Positions 1 through 10,772 of a stretch of 64,000 nucleotides of DNA are shown piece by piece. The notes below the pieces were generated by a model that saw nothing but the letters and a program-made list of their open reading frames with translations, did not search any database and was not told the DNA's origin. Both the position numbers and the translations under genes were made by a program. The stretch's first letter is position 1, and every line of letters begins with the position of its first letter. Origin of the DNA: Porphyridium purpureum (taxonomy: Eukaryota); contig VRMN01000015.1 of NCBI GenBank assembly GCA_008690995.1, positions 124,001 to 188,000 of the forward strand, written 5' to 3'.

Positions 1-1211
1 CGCTCGTTGATCACGGCGGTCATAAAGTTTCGGAAGTCCATGGGACTGCCCATTGATACCTTCTCCACCTGCTCTACTAGTTTCTGCCTGAGCTGCGGCC
101 AAAGCGAGCGTGGCACGTACATGCGGCTTGTCGCCGAACACTTTTGGCCCTGATATTCAAACGCGCCACGGATGGTTGCATGCAGAACGTTTTCCAAATC
201 CGCACTGTGGTGCACCACGTGGAAGTTCTTCCCGCCCGTTTCTCCGACAATGCGCGGGTACGACTTGTACGTATCCAGACGCTCACCCACGTCGCGCCAG
301 ATCTGGTTGAAAACCGCCGTGCTCCCTGTAAAGTGCACTGCGGCGAAATCTGGACTCGTCAGAGTGGCCTCCGAATATATTTTGCCGTTGCCTGGCAAGA
401 ACTGGATGACGCCGTCCGGCAGGCCGGCCTCACGCAAGATATCGTACACAATATACGCCGCGTGCGTCGCGTTCTCGGCCGGCTTCATGAGCGCCACATT
501 GCCCATAATCACAGGCGAGCTAGGAAGGTTCGCGGTGATGGCGATGAAGTTGAATGGCGTGATGCAGCTCACGAAGCCCTCCAGCGGGCGATACTCCATG
601 CGATTCCACACGCCCGGCGAGTTCTCCGGCGGCTGCCACGCATGGATGTGTTCGGCCCAGCGCGCAGCAAAGCGCCAAAAGTCAATGGTTTCTACGGCGG
701 CATCGATTTCTGCCTGCCACGCCGTCTTCCCCTGCCCAAGCATCACCGCTGCGTTCAGGCGTTGCCGGTACTTGCCCGCCAGCAGGTCGGCCGCCTTGAG
801 GAACACCGCGTTCCTCTCATCCTGCGGCCAGGACGCCCACTGGGTCTTTGCGCGCATGGCGCCATCGATCGCAGACTTGACTGTGCCCTCATCGAGCTCA
901 TCATACACGCAAATGCTCTTTTCGTGGTGGTGTGGCATCGGCTGGCGCACAGCAACGCCCGTCCATACGTCCTTTCCATCCACAATACATGGCACGCGCA
1001 ACGGATCCTCCGACGCCTGTTTATCCAGACGCTCAAGCTCGTCCTGCAGCGCAGCCCGTTCTGCCGAGCCCGGCGCATAGTGCAAGAACGGCTCGTTCTT
1101 GATCTGCGGGAGCTTGGACGCGCCGCTCCAGACCATGCGGCGCGCACCCGGCGAGTGTCGCGTTCGCAGCATCGCGGCAGTGCCCACACGCATGCGCAAA
1201 ACAGTCGCCAT
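1..1211 (-). CDS. ALDH4A1: Delta-1-pyrroline-5-carboxylate dehydrogenase (ALDH4/PUT2 type), likely mitochondrial; 3' end lies outside the window
   Basis: Manual minus-strand translation from ATG 1211 (in-frame TAG immediately upstream): MATVLRMRVGTAAMLR...KNEPFLHYAPGS...LEGFVSCITPFNF...FTGSTAVF...YPRIVGETGGKNFH. Not in the ORF track because there is no stop inside the window. Confidence 0.9.
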   Translation of the reverse strand, partial: MATVLRMRVGTAAMLRTRHSPGARRMVWSGASKLPQIKNEPFLHYAPGSAERAALQDELERLDKQASEDPLRVPCIVDGKDVWTGVAVRQPMPHHHEKSICVYDELDEGTVKSAIDGAMRAKTQWASWPQDERNAVFLKAADLLAGKYRQRLNAAVMLGQGKTAWQAEIDAAVETIDFWRFAARWAEHIHAWQPPENSPGVWNRMEYRPLEGFVSCITPFNFIAITANLPSSPVIMGNVALMKPAENATHAAYIVYDILREAGLPDGVIQFLPGNGKIYSEATLTSPDFAAVHFTGSTAVFNQIWRDVGERLDTYKSYPRIVGETGGKNFHVVHHSADLENVLHATIRGAFEYQGQKCSATSRMYVPRSLWPQLRQKLVEQVEKVSMGSPMDFRNFMTAVINE

Positions 1212-1364
1212 CTAAGCGCGTCGTCCTATCTGCGAGCTCTTCCACGATCTCATCCACTATCGGCGCATCGCCACACGCCGTCACGTCGCGCCATGGCCAT
1301 CGAGTTCTCCCCTCCATGCTTCCACATGTAGCGTCGGCGCCCGCGAGATTTTCCACACAGCTCA

Positions 1365-1427
1365 CGGCTTATCGGCTTATCGGCTTACCGGCTTACCGGC
1401 TTGTCGGTTCCAACGGTTTATCGGCTC
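1365..1427. repeat. Octamer tandem repeat (CGGCTTAT/CGGCTTAC/CGGCTTGT) upstream of P5CDH
   Basis: Read directly: cggcttat cggcttat cggcttac cggcttac cggcttgt ... cggtttat. Confidence 0.85.
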
Positions 1428-1547
1428 ACGTCGTCCATTCGTTCGAGTCAAACGAACACACGCGCCGGTTTGTTTTTTATATATTTTAAATCACGCGTGT
1501 GTTTACATAATGGACATTAAATAATTGCGCCCTTTTTGAGCTTTGTG

Positions 1548-4346
1548 CTAGAAGAAGTACTTGGCTTGTGTGCAGCTGCGCTCGTCGATGTAGCGCAGCA
1601 GGTCCTTCTTGGTCAAGATGCCCTTGACCAAGCCGTCCTCCACGACCAGCGCGTGCCGCACGCCCATCTGGACAAACAAGTCGTACACCGCGAGAATGGG
1701 CGTGCTCGGAAGCACCATGGGCAGAAAGTGATCCACCCATTTGGCCCAAATCAACGGAATCCCTTCCGCATCCGGATTCACCGAGGTAGGCTCGTCTAGA
1801 CTCAGTCCAAAGTGCGCCGTCAGAGAGCCAATGGCCCACTGAGAGGACATCGTGTCGTGCTGCTCTTCGCCAGCGTCATAGTTGGGTGCGTCCGAGATGG
1901 ATACGGGTGTGACGTCGCCGCTGGCCGACGGATGCTGCCGCGACCCGTTCGAGTCAGATCGCTCGATCATCTGACATGCGGTAACATCAAACAAGACTTC
2001 CGCTTTCAAATCAACAAAGTTGACGCTCTCAGTCGGCCTAGTACCTGTTCCGCCGAGGCTGCGACTTCGGCCGTGGCGACGCCAATATTGATGTCTTTCC
2101 CAGCTCAACGCTTCTTCGACATTCCGGCGCGTGATGTACCCGCGCAGATAGCCTCGTCCGTCAGCGTCGATAATTGGAAACCCATGAAAAAGGGGATGCT
2201 TGTCACAAAGAATCAAAACGTCAGCTAAAGAGCTACCGCCATCGCGAATACACACGGGTGCCGTGCTCATAATCAATGAGCAGTCGTCTAGCTCCCCGCC
2301 CATCCGCGACAAGCGACGGTGCATACTGGGATTGCTGCCGCTGTGCACTGAAGATGACGGGTCCGAGCTGAATACTTCCAAGTGAAGGTTTCCTGGAAGG
2401 AACGGTAGGCGCTTGAGTGTGATATGCTCTTCGTATATACTGCCCGTGTCAAAGGATGCGCAAACCATTTTGGAGAACATGACAGCAAGCATGACGGGCA
2501 GCAAATGATGTACTTCGCCCGTGAGCTCAAACACCATAACCACCAATGAGACGCTGACTTGTGTAACGCCCGCGAGGACAGATGCTGCGCCCACCGTGGC
2601 ATAAATTGCCGGCTCAACGCAATCGGCATGGTCAATGCATTCTTGGAAAACCCATGATCCAGAGAAAGCGCGGTGCAGCAAAAACATCACCGAACCCATC
2701 GCGCGGCCCAGCAAAGCGCCGATGGTCAACGAAGGCACAAAAAGCCCTGCCGGAATTTTGGCTCCAAATGTCAGCGCTGTGAGCAGGAACTTAAGCACGA
2801 TGCCGTACGTGAGTATTCCCACAAACTCGTACACTCTGGTGGTATCACACATGATGGTGTGCAGCGGCGTCAGATGAAATTGTTCGTTGAGTGCTAAGCC
2901 TGCATCGCGCACGGAGCACGGCTGAAATACGGTGGTGAGAATCAGCGAGTTGCTCAGGTTGTACACCGAACCTACGCTGCTGAGAATGACAGTCGCGCCC
3001 GCTAAGAGTGCCACCTCAGCCACGGGATGCTTTTGGTACCACGATGTGCGCATGCGAAACTTGGAGTACAGGACGTTCAAATTGATGAATGCGACCCCGA
3101 TCAAACCGCCCAAAAGGCCCAGAAATGCGAAGGGTATGAGCTCGAACCACTGCCAGGGCAAGTCGCCCCCTTGCACTTCGAACGAGATGAGGCGCGCGTT
3201 GAAGCGCGGACGCAAAAAGGTAAGCGCCAGAGCCCCCACCGCTGCGCAGTACAACGTCCGCCAAAGCATGTACCCTTCAAAGTGGGAGCTGACTTCCTCG
3301 AGACTGAACAGGACGCCACCGATTGGCGCATCAAACGCGACTGCGACGCCGGCCGCGGCGCTTGAGCTGATAATCTCGCGCACGGTGCGTTCGTTTGGCC
3401 GTTTCCCGACAATGCGATACACGCTCCGGATGAGACCAAAGGCAACGCAGCTTGCCAGGTGCACGAAGGGCCCTTCCTTGCCTAGATTCAAGCCGGACGC
3501 CGTGCAGAGCGCCAGCCCCGTGGCCTTGACGACGAGAGTGTTCCAGGCCAGAAAACCGTTCATGCGCACTCCGTTCAGGATCGCTTTGACCTCGGGAATA
3601 CCCGAGCCCGCCGCGTACGGTGCGAGATACAGCACTAAGAACGCTGCAGACGAGGCCATTCCCACAGAAAAGAAAAGCATCATTCCGTATCCGATCACCG
3701 CATGGGAGCTGGTAGCCCCCCATTGAAGCGCAATGGCGGACCAAGGCATAAAGTTGGTACACTCTTCAAATGACCGGGAGCTCGAGCAGCACACTTCGCG
3801 CGGCAAATGTGGTGCGTCTAGGCACACGCCCTTCCGAATAGACCCGAGCCACTCAACAATGACGTCGAGCCCGACTGCCAGCATGGCGGTCAGAACTCCG
3901 ATAAGCGTGAGCAGCGTATACAGCTGCATTGTGCGCAAGCGGTCCCAGTTCACGTATCGCGGGCGCGTGAAATACCGCTCATTTGTCCAGTCGATGACCT
4001 CGAAATCGTTGCGATGATCCGGCCCTGAGCGCTCGTGCCGCCGCCGCTTGCGATTCTGGAGCCTGCGCGAGCCCATCAAATCGTCCAGCCCGAACCGCAC
4101 CGAGGTCGCACGGGCCATGCCGCGCAACGACGTCACGAGCCCGGACGACTGCTGCCGAATATGGCCAATCAAGTTGCGCGTCTCACCGTGAGCGGCGGCG
4201 CGGTCATTGTGCGGCTGCGGCGCGGCATCGCCGGACTCGTGCGCTCCATTCGCAGTAGCGACGTGCCGCTTCGATACCAGCAGGGGCGTCACCTCATCTG
4301 CACCACCAGAACCCACGCCCTTTGCGCGGCTTCCATCCTCCTCCAT
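1548..4346 (-). CDS. CLC-family chloride/proton antiporter with C-terminal CBS domains (ClC-3/GEF1-like)
   Basis: GSGIPE, GKEGP (gating Glu), FSLEE and GLFVP motifs, many TM helices and a CBS-like C-terminus. First ATG (MEEDG) at 4346. Confidence 0.93.
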   Translation of the reverse strand: MEEDGSRAKGVGSGGADEVTPLLVSKRHVATANGAHESGDAAPQPHNDRAAAHGETRNLIGHIRQQSSGLVTSLRGMARATSVRFGLDDLMGSRRLQNRKRRRHERSGPDHRNDFEVIDWTNERYFTRPRYVNWDRLRTMQLYTLLTLIGVLTAMLAVGLDVIVEWLGSIRKGVCLDAPHLPREVCCSSSRSFEECTNFMPWSAIALQWGATSSHAVIGYGMMLFFSVGMASSAAFLVLYLAPYAAGSGIPEVKAILNGVRMNGFLAWNTLVVKATGLALCTASGLNLGKEGPFVHLASCVAFGLIRSVYRIVGKRPNERTVREIISSSAAAGVAVAFDAPIGGVLFSLEEVSSHFEGYMLWRTLYCAAVGALALTFLRPRFNARLISFEVQGGDLPWQWFELIPFAFLGLLGGLIGVAFINLNVLYSKFRMRTSWYQKHPVAEVALLAGATVILSSVGSVYNLSNSLILTTVFQPCSVRDAGLALNEQFHLTPLHTIMCDTTRVYEFVGILTYGIVLKFLLTALTFGAKIPAGLFVPSLTIGALLGRAMGSVMFLLHRAFSGSWVFQECIDHADCVEPAIYATVGAASVLAGVTQVSVSLVVMVFELTGEVHHLLPVMLAVMFSKMVCASFDTGSIYEEHITLKRLPFLPGNLHLEVFSSDPSSSVHSGSNPSMHRRLSRMGGELDDCSLIMSTAPVCIRDGGSSLADVLILCDKHPLFHGFPIIDADGRGYLRGYITRRNVEEALSWERHQYWRRHGRSRSLGGTGTRPTESVNFVDLKAEVLFDVTACQMIERSDSNGSRQHPSASGDVTPVSISDAPNYDAGEEQHDTMSSQWAIGSLTAHFGLSLDEPTSVNPDAEGIPLIWAKWVDHFLPMVLPSTPILAVYDLFVQMGVRHALVVEDGLVKGILTKKDLLRYIDERSCTQAKYFF

Positions 4347-4458
4347 CACACTCCCACATCCCGCATCCACACACACACACCCACCCACTTTTCTAACGCT
4401 CCCCAACCTCCCCGCCCCAAACCATTCGCCCACTTCCAACGTGCGGTTCACTTTTATT

Positions 4459-4506
4459 CGGCTTGTCGGCTTGTCGGCTTGTCGGCTTGTCGGCTTGTCG
4501 GTTTAC
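4459..4506. repeat. Octamer tandem repeat (CGGCTTGT)x5 plus CGGTTTAC upstream of CLC
   Basis: Read directly from the sequence. Confidence 0.9.
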
Positions 4507-6245
4507 CGTTCTTATAAACGGCGCGCCAGTTCACAAACCCTCATAATAACCGAGCCGGTTTTGGTATGCACCAACGCGCCCCAAAAAAACCCCAAACGGA
4601 GACCGGACTGTACTTGGAGGTACACGTTCATTTTGACACGCAAGCCATGTTGCAGACGTTGTCGCAGTCAAGTATGATGATGGATCAGGACGCGATAGAA
4701 GGTTTTGGTTTTGGCTCTGGCTCTGGCTCTGGCGCGCAGAGGCAGAGGCAGATTCAGAACCAGAATCGGTCGCGGCTTCGTAGTGCGTACGCGCCTTGAA
4801 GATAGGCACAGGTAAACACGCGGTTGGGCGCACGCGCGTATAAAGTGGCCGGTGCAGAACGTTGCGAAGCTGGCGAAGCATCTTTGATGGCTTGATTGAA
4901 CTCGAACATAGTTTTGAGATGGTCATGCTCTCTTGTATACCTTCCGCATTGGCGTCCTTCACAAGTCCTCGAGAGCAAGCTGCAACCGACAGGCAGGGCT
5001 TCGCATCCGCCAGCCACAGCTGCGCTCCGATTCCTACAGTAAGCGGGAGATCATTGAAAATTTAGTATTATCTCCGAGCTGTTTGACAACGAATCGCCGA
5101 CATTCTGTGTTGCTCGGCCCCTTCCCATTCGCCTTTCTGGCGGCACGCAGCAGCTCTGTTGCCGACCGCGAAACAACAGAGCCGGCACGAGCTCGTGAAG
5201 CTCCAGACCTCCCCCGAACGAGATGAGATTCTGAACTTGCCCCGCGAAAGCGATACACGCGCGCAGGGATAGCGGTGGGTCTCGAAAAGGACCATCTACA
5301 CGTCCTCGGAGCATTCTGAAGGGTTCACACTGGATGATGTTCACCCCGAGCCCTTCTGCGTCGGCGAAGGGCGCCTTTGCAACGCTGCCTCCGCGGCCCA
5401 ATGGCTCCAGCGCATCTGCGGTTCCGCGGCGCATGTTGCTGGCATCATGCACTTGCGCATCTGCGGCCACATGCACTCTCGCGTTCGAAATTCCGGGGAA
5501 TGACCGTTGCACGCTCTAGTCCATGCCCGCAAGACGCGCGCACAACCGCATTTGATGACTTCTCAGAGCGCTACAACGCAAACCTCCAGCTGCTGAAGTC
5601 CCGAGGCGTTTCTCTGGCACTCCCCGGCATGCAGTTTCAGTGATTGCGCGTCCGCGGGGAGATGGCCTCAGACCTTATTTTCAGTCGCGCCACTGACTTG
5701 ACACGCCGCTGCCACATTTCCACACGCCGACATTACGAGGAAAGCAACCGTGCATCAATACCCCGCGGGCCCAGAGACACGTACAGACCAGGGCCGCCGC
5801 AGACTGTGCGTTCATCTCATTTCTCACTGCGCGCGCAGTCCGCGCTCTCCCGACCTGCTTCACGTTCACGCCCAAGCGCCACACGTCTCCAACCCCCGCG
5901 ACCTCGCGGTGTGTACAGCTCCCACAGTACATTGACCCGACGCGGCAATGCAGCATCGCATCCGCATCCTGTCGCTCGACCGTACCGCGGTACAGTGCGC
6001 GGCGACGACGGAGGGCGGCGCGCGCGGGGGTGGGAAGAAGGGCCACGCGCAGTCTATAATGAAACGATGCGGTTTAATCGGAAACTCGCCGCAGCAGTAC
6101 TTGAACCAATACAAGCGCCTCGTTTTTACATGGTTTCGAAGGTTTGTGTGTGGGGTTTGAAGGGGGAAGGGGGAGAGAGAGAGAGAGAGGGAGGGAGAGA
6201 AGGGGACAAGTGTGTGTTTGGGTGTGGGTGTGTGTTGTGGGCAAG

Positions 6246-6692
6246 ATGGGGCGCGTAAGGACAAAGACGATTAAAAAGTCGGCGCGCGTGATCATCGAGA
6301 AGTACTACTCGCGGTTGACGCTGGACTTCCAGACAAACAAGCGCGTGTGCGATGAGGTGGCGATCATCTCGACCAAGCGGCTGCGAAACCAGATTGCGGG
6401 GTACCTCACGCACTTGATGAGCAGGATTCAGAGGGGCCCCGTGCGCGGCGTCTCGCTCAAGCTGCAGGAGGAGGAGCGCGAGAGGAGAATGGACTTTGTG
6501 CCAGAGGTTTCAGAAGTCGACACCGAAATCGCGCCGATTGAGGTCGACGCAGACACCAAGGAAATGCTCAGGGAGCTCGGATTCAACTTCACAAACGTCC
6601 AGGTGCCGACCGGCCCGGGCGAGAACCGCAAGTTTAGAAGCGGCGGGCCCGGTGGAAACCGCGACCGTGGGGATCGTCCGCCGCGAGATTAG
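6246..6692 (+). CDS. RPS17: 40S ribosomal protein S17 (eS17)
   Basis: [33 protein letters not shown]...[26 protein letters not shown]. Confidence 0.98.
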   Translation: MGRVRTKTIKKSARVIIEKYYSRLTLDFQTNKRVCDEVAIISTKRLRNQIAGYLTHLMSRIQRGPVRGVSLKLQEEERERRMDFVPEVSEVDTEIAPIEVDADTKEMLRELGFNFTNVQVPTGPGENRKFRSGGPGGNRDRGDRPPRD

Positions 6693-6906
6693 AGCACCGT
6701 GCGTGGAAGCGCCGGGTTAGCGTTTGCGCGCCGTCTGTTTACTTCTAAACCCCTTCTTCATTGATGCCAAAGCGGGCTTTTCTTTCTTCCTCTGATTCTG
6801 TTACTTCCGCCTAACCGTCTACGAGGGCGACTCGGCAGCGTGCCCGCCACAAAAAAAATGTACAAATCCGACGCGACACACGCAGTGCACACGCGCACAT
6901 TCCTTT

Positions 6907-9900
6907 TTACAAGACCCTTTTCAGGACCGCCACCACTCGCAACCACTCACTGAATGGAATTTGGGAACTCCACTCCAGGCTTTGCACATCTGTGCCTCGG
7001 TACCTGTAATAATCCTCCCAAAAGTCAAGCAAGTCGCGGAAATTGGACCGCCGGTCAATCGCAGCCACGCCGTCTTCCTGCACGCTGAATTTGTTACTAA
7101 TCGTGCGCTTCAGACCCTGCGCATTGTCCGCCTGAGCAAGCTTGTCCACGTCCTGGAGCAGATGCTCAACTTCACCTCGCGCATCTGCGAAAATGAGAAT
7201 CACAATTGCCGTGTTCAGGCAGCAAATATTCTCCTGGTTCACGTCCTCCACAGTGATGCTCGCCATGAGATCGCACAGCAAACGCGTACGGTTCAATTGA
7301 ATAATCTTCGCAATGTGGCAATTCGCAAATGGGTACGGCGTGCCGTGCTTGTCCACCTCGGGGAACGACGCGACCGTCGCGCGCCTGTGGCTTCCCACGC
7401 GCTCCAGATCTTCCAGATGAAAGCGCTCCAGCGAGAGGATCATCGAGCGAACAAATACATTCGAATCGACGAGATTCGTGGTCAAGTTGTGCATGAGGTT
7501 CGGCACAAGCGCCTCATCACTGGCCAGGATCTCGTTCATGAGCGTCAGCACGTCGCGATTGAACTTGCACAGTTCGCCCAGCAGATCAAAAGTGGCCTGA
7601 ATCGAGCTACTATTCCCGCAGGCTCCGATCGCGCCGCCGTCAGACTCGCCAGAGCACACCTGCATCATTAGGTATTTGAGCAGACCGCGGCGAGCAATCA
7701 CCGTTTGCTCCAGCCGCCCCGCCCCACGGAGATATGCTTCCACCCCACTCGTGAGACCGACGCGGTACGAACAATTCGGCGGGCAGTGCACCAGCAGGCC
7801 AATCAACCGATCCAGTAGACCGGGCCACAAGGGTTCCTGCCACTCGCGCGGTTCGTTAGGCACCATCGTTTTCTTCTGCTCTTCGTGAGTGTGCTTCTTC
7901 GCTGCGTCTATCCACTCGAGCCCATGCGAGCCGTCGTACTCTGTGTCGTACAGGCTCACGAGACGGTACACAAAGGGCGATAGAAGCTGCCTCCGAACCG
8001 CGGCGCGGTTTGCGTCGCGGTCGCAGAAATTGTGCAACAGGCGCAGAAACTGAATGCGCAAAACGCTTTCCGGATCGCATTCGCAATCTGGGCCGTGTGG
8101 ACGCGAAGAGACAATGCACGCCTCGTTCCAGTTGATCACTTCATACATGACGTACAAAGCATCCACCAGACCCGCATAGCTGAATCGCTCCTGGGCATCC
8201 AGCTTCCGACGTCCGCCCAACAGTGTGCAAATGACAAAGAGTACTTCCACCTGGTGCGTCAAAAGTGCAACGTCTTTGAGCGTCGAATCTGTGAGAAAGC
8301 CTTGCATTTCGTTCAATTCTGTGGGGGTGAAGTTATCCGCGCCCCCAGCGTTCCCTGCGGCGAGCATCTCTCGTACAGTTAGTGGAAGATCAGGGTTGCC
8401 ATTCGTGATGTGAGTGCCAGCTGTGGCGATGGTCGCTGCTTCGTCGCGTATAATGTCCGCATCTGCATTGACTGGAGCAATCCGAAGATTATGCATGGAT
8501 TCTTGCATGCCGTGGGCAACAGCGGTGTCCAAATCAGGGTCATCCGCACCAAAGGCCTGAATCCCGGTGTTTCCTCGCATCCCGTCAACACCTTCTAGGT
8601 CTCGTGCGACTACATGATGTCTTGCCTCAACGACGGCTGATGGTACGCGAGCGCGATTCCTGTCATTCCAAGGTCGGTAAAATTCGTTAGCCACGTCTTC
8701 GATGGGCGGCGCCACCAACCTCGAGCCACTGGTCACGTCCACTGATAAAGTTTCGAGCTGCTCATCATTTGGCACTCCGGTGGACAAGCTGTCAGAGGCA
8801 TGCAAATGCGTCGCGGACTGCGGCGCACTTCGGCTCCGCAAAGTGATCGGCTCACGATTTAGGGTCCGATGGTCTGAGGCACCTTGCTGGCGCAGCTGGT
8901 CTGCATCTGCTGTTGCAAGCGAAACAGTTGCGCTGAGCCCGCTCGAGCTCGCCACAGCCGCATTCGCCGCCAGAAATTCCCACGTGTTGGCGCCTTCAGG
9001 GGCCAAATCCAACCCGGACATGAGCAACTGGAGAAATTGCGCGGGGACGGCGTCTGCGGGCTGCCCAGCTTCCGCGGCTCGTTCAGCTGCGTCTACTGTG
9101 TTCATGATATTATTGACGTTTTCAAATGTGACATCACCAGCGGGCATGTCAAAATATTGGGGAGGAAACGTGGCCGGCCGCACAGGATTCCCATTGGCCC
9201 GATTTTCTCGAGCTGATCCGCGACTTCGTCGAGCATTTAAAAGCAGCACTAACCGCTCGATGACGGTGGGCATGCTCAGAAGTAGCGCGTGGTTTTTGTC
9301 TGTTACACGAACCTGCGAGCCACTGTATGACAAACGGCGCTGAAGGAGTTCGCCCGCCCGATAAATGCGAAGCGAGTCACCTCCCTGCCGCTCTTCTGGC
9401 TCAAACAGCGTCAGCGTGAGCACGCGGCAAAAAAGTGCGAGCTCGTACGGACTCAAAGTTAGGATGAGTTCCTCGATTCCCCAAATGGTCGCAAGCTCGA
9501 ACGTGTCGTCACGCATCGCAAGCAAGTCTTCAATCAACAGGACTGCGGGCTCAAATGAGTCACGCTGCGTGACAAAATAAAACAAGACATCCACCGCGTC
9601 CGGTTGTAAGCCGAGTCGCGGGGAAATCCAGCCAAAGCCGTAGCAGCATTCCTTGAGCAGGGATATGGCATCGGCAGCCACGTTGCGCACCAAGTCCTGC
9701 ATGAGGCGAGAAACAGGGTGCACGGCCGAGCGCTCAAGAAGGGTTCGAACCAGCCTCAGCACGTTTAGCAGCGCTTCTGGGCCATTAAATGAGACAAACG
9801 CGTCCCGAAATTCTTCGCAATACGTCGATGAGACCAAAGCCTGGAAGGCCAACCGAATAGATGCTTGTACCTTTTCCCAGCTTAAGAAGGATGATATAGA

Positions 9901-10539
9901 CTGCATGCGGCCTTGAAGGTCCGGCAAGTCGACGTGCGGAAGCCTACTTGAAACTGACTCCGAGTCACTCACCACGTCGGCAAGTTCCGTCTCATCGGCG
10001 GGATCGCGAGCCGCGGGTCTACGCGCATGTAGACTTTCTGTGCCAACGGAAACGTCGTTCGCGCCTCTTGTCGGCGAAAGGGCAAACGAGTCAGTCCTCT
10101 CTGGCCGACGGCTTTCGGCTCCCAATCCCGCCTCCCGACCAAAAGACACAGCTTCTGACGCCACCGGGCCGCTCCGGATTTGCTCTGAGCGTGTACTTTC
10201 ACGACTAAGGCCGACGTCTTGATCTGACGCAGCTGAGCGCATATCCGCAGACGAAGCTCGTGACAGGCCGCGCGACGACGCCGAGTCGTAGCTCTCGTCT
10301 GTCATTGCCAAGTCGGCCGGCACGGAAAACGTATACTGCGACACAAACGGCAGCAGGAACTCGGACTGAACGAGCTTGACGAAATCGAGCACATACTCTG
10401 CCGCCTCGCTCTCCACGCGCGTCGAATGCCTCGCCGGCTTGCGCACAAAGCCCCAGTCGGCCTGCGGCAGGCGCTGCCCGGTCCGCACCTCATGCAGGCG
10501 GTGCAGCAGTAGCCCGCCGCGTTCCTGCCGGGACGCCAT
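6907..10539 (-). CDS. TRPC4AP/TRUSS-like protein (putative CRL4 substrate receptor)
   Basis: ORF of about 1210 aa with HGPDCECDPESVLRIQFLRLLHNFCD, FDLLGELCKFN, NLVDSNVFVRS and VNQENICCLNT, recalled as conserved in the TRPC4AP family. First ATG at 10539. Confidence 0.75.
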   Translation of the reverse strand: MASRQERGGLLLHRLHEVRTGQRLPQADWGFVRKPARHSTRVESEAAEYVLDFVKLVQSEFLLPFVSQYTFSVPADLAMTDESYDSASSRGLSRASSADMRSAASDQDVGLSRESTRSEQIRSGPVASEAVSFGREAGLGAESRRPERTDSFALSPTRGANDVSVGTESLHARRPAARDPADETELADVVSDSESVSSRLPHVDLPDLQGRMQSISSFLSWEKVQASIRLAFQALVSSTYCEEFRDAFVSFNGPEALLNVLRLVRTLLERSAVHPVSRLMQDLVRNVAADAISLLKECCYGFGWISPRLGLQPDAVDVLFYFVTQRDSFEPAVLLIEDLLAMRDDTFELATIWGIEELILTLSPYELALFCRVLTLTLFEPEERQGGDSLRIYRAGELLQRRLSYSGSQVRVTDKNHALLLSMPTVIERLVLLLNARRSRGSARENRANGNPVRPATFPPQYFDMPAGDVTFENVNNIMNTVDAAERAAEAGQPADAVPAQFLQLLMSGLDLAPEGANTWEFLAANAAVASSSGLSATVSLATADADQLRQQGASDHRTLNREPITLRSRSAPQSATHLHASDSLSTGVPNDEQLETLSVDVTSGSRLVAPPIEDVANEFYRPWNDRNRARVPSAVVEARHHVVARDLEGVDGMRGNTGIQAFGADDPDLDTAVAHGMQESMHNLRIAPVNADADIIRDEAATIATAGTHITNGNPDLPLTVREMLAAGNAGGADNFTPTELNEMQGFLTDSTLKDVALLTHQVEVLFVICTLLGGRRKLDAQERFSYAGLVDALYVMYEVINWNEACIVSSRPHGPDCECDPESVLRIQFLRLLHNFCDRDANRAAVRRQLLSPFVYRLVSLYDTEYDGSHGLEWIDAAKKHTHEEQKKTMVPNEPREWQEPLWPGLLDRLIGLLVHCPPNCSYRVGLTSGVEAYLRGAGRLEQTVIARRGLLKYLMMQVCSGESDGGAIGACGNSSSIQATFDLLGELCKFNRDVLTLMNEILASDEALVPNLMHNLTTNLVDSNVFVRSMILSLERFHLEDLERVGSHRRATVASFPEVDKHGTPYPFANCHIAKIIQLNRTRLLCDLMASITVEDVNQENICCLNTAIVILIFADARGEVEHLLQDVDKLAQADNAQGLKRTISNKFSVQEDGVAAIDRRSNFRDLLDFWEDYYRYRGTDVQSLEWSSQIPFSEWLRVVAVLKRVL

Positions 10540-10740
10540 CGCCCCGCGCGCGTCGATTCTCACCACCGCCACCGTCTCCACTCCTCACTCCCGTCTCTCC
10601 CTCTCTCTCCTCTCTTCTCTTCCCCTGTCTCTGCTCTCAACCACAGCGCCGCGTCTTTCGCCTTTTTTCCTTCTTCTCGAACCCCAAAATAGTTTCGTGC
10701 GTGTTTCTATTAAAACGCACACGTTCTACTATACAACACA

Positions 10741-10772
10741 TAGGGTTTCTGTCTGGTTTAAAACTAGGGTTT
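10741..10772. promoter_or_regulatory. Two telo-box-like motifs (TAGGGTTT) upstream of the TRPC4AP-like gene
   Basis: tagggttt at 10741 and about 10765. Confidence 0.45.

Noticed and set aside
144..1331. Long plus-strand ORFs (395 aa and 302 aa)
   Set aside because: They are antisense shadows of the minus-strand P5C dehydrogenase.
4531..5643. Several short ORFs on both strands (e.g. 5051-5512, 5377-5643)
   Set aside because: No recognisable motifs or consistent gene structure, so no CDS call is supported.
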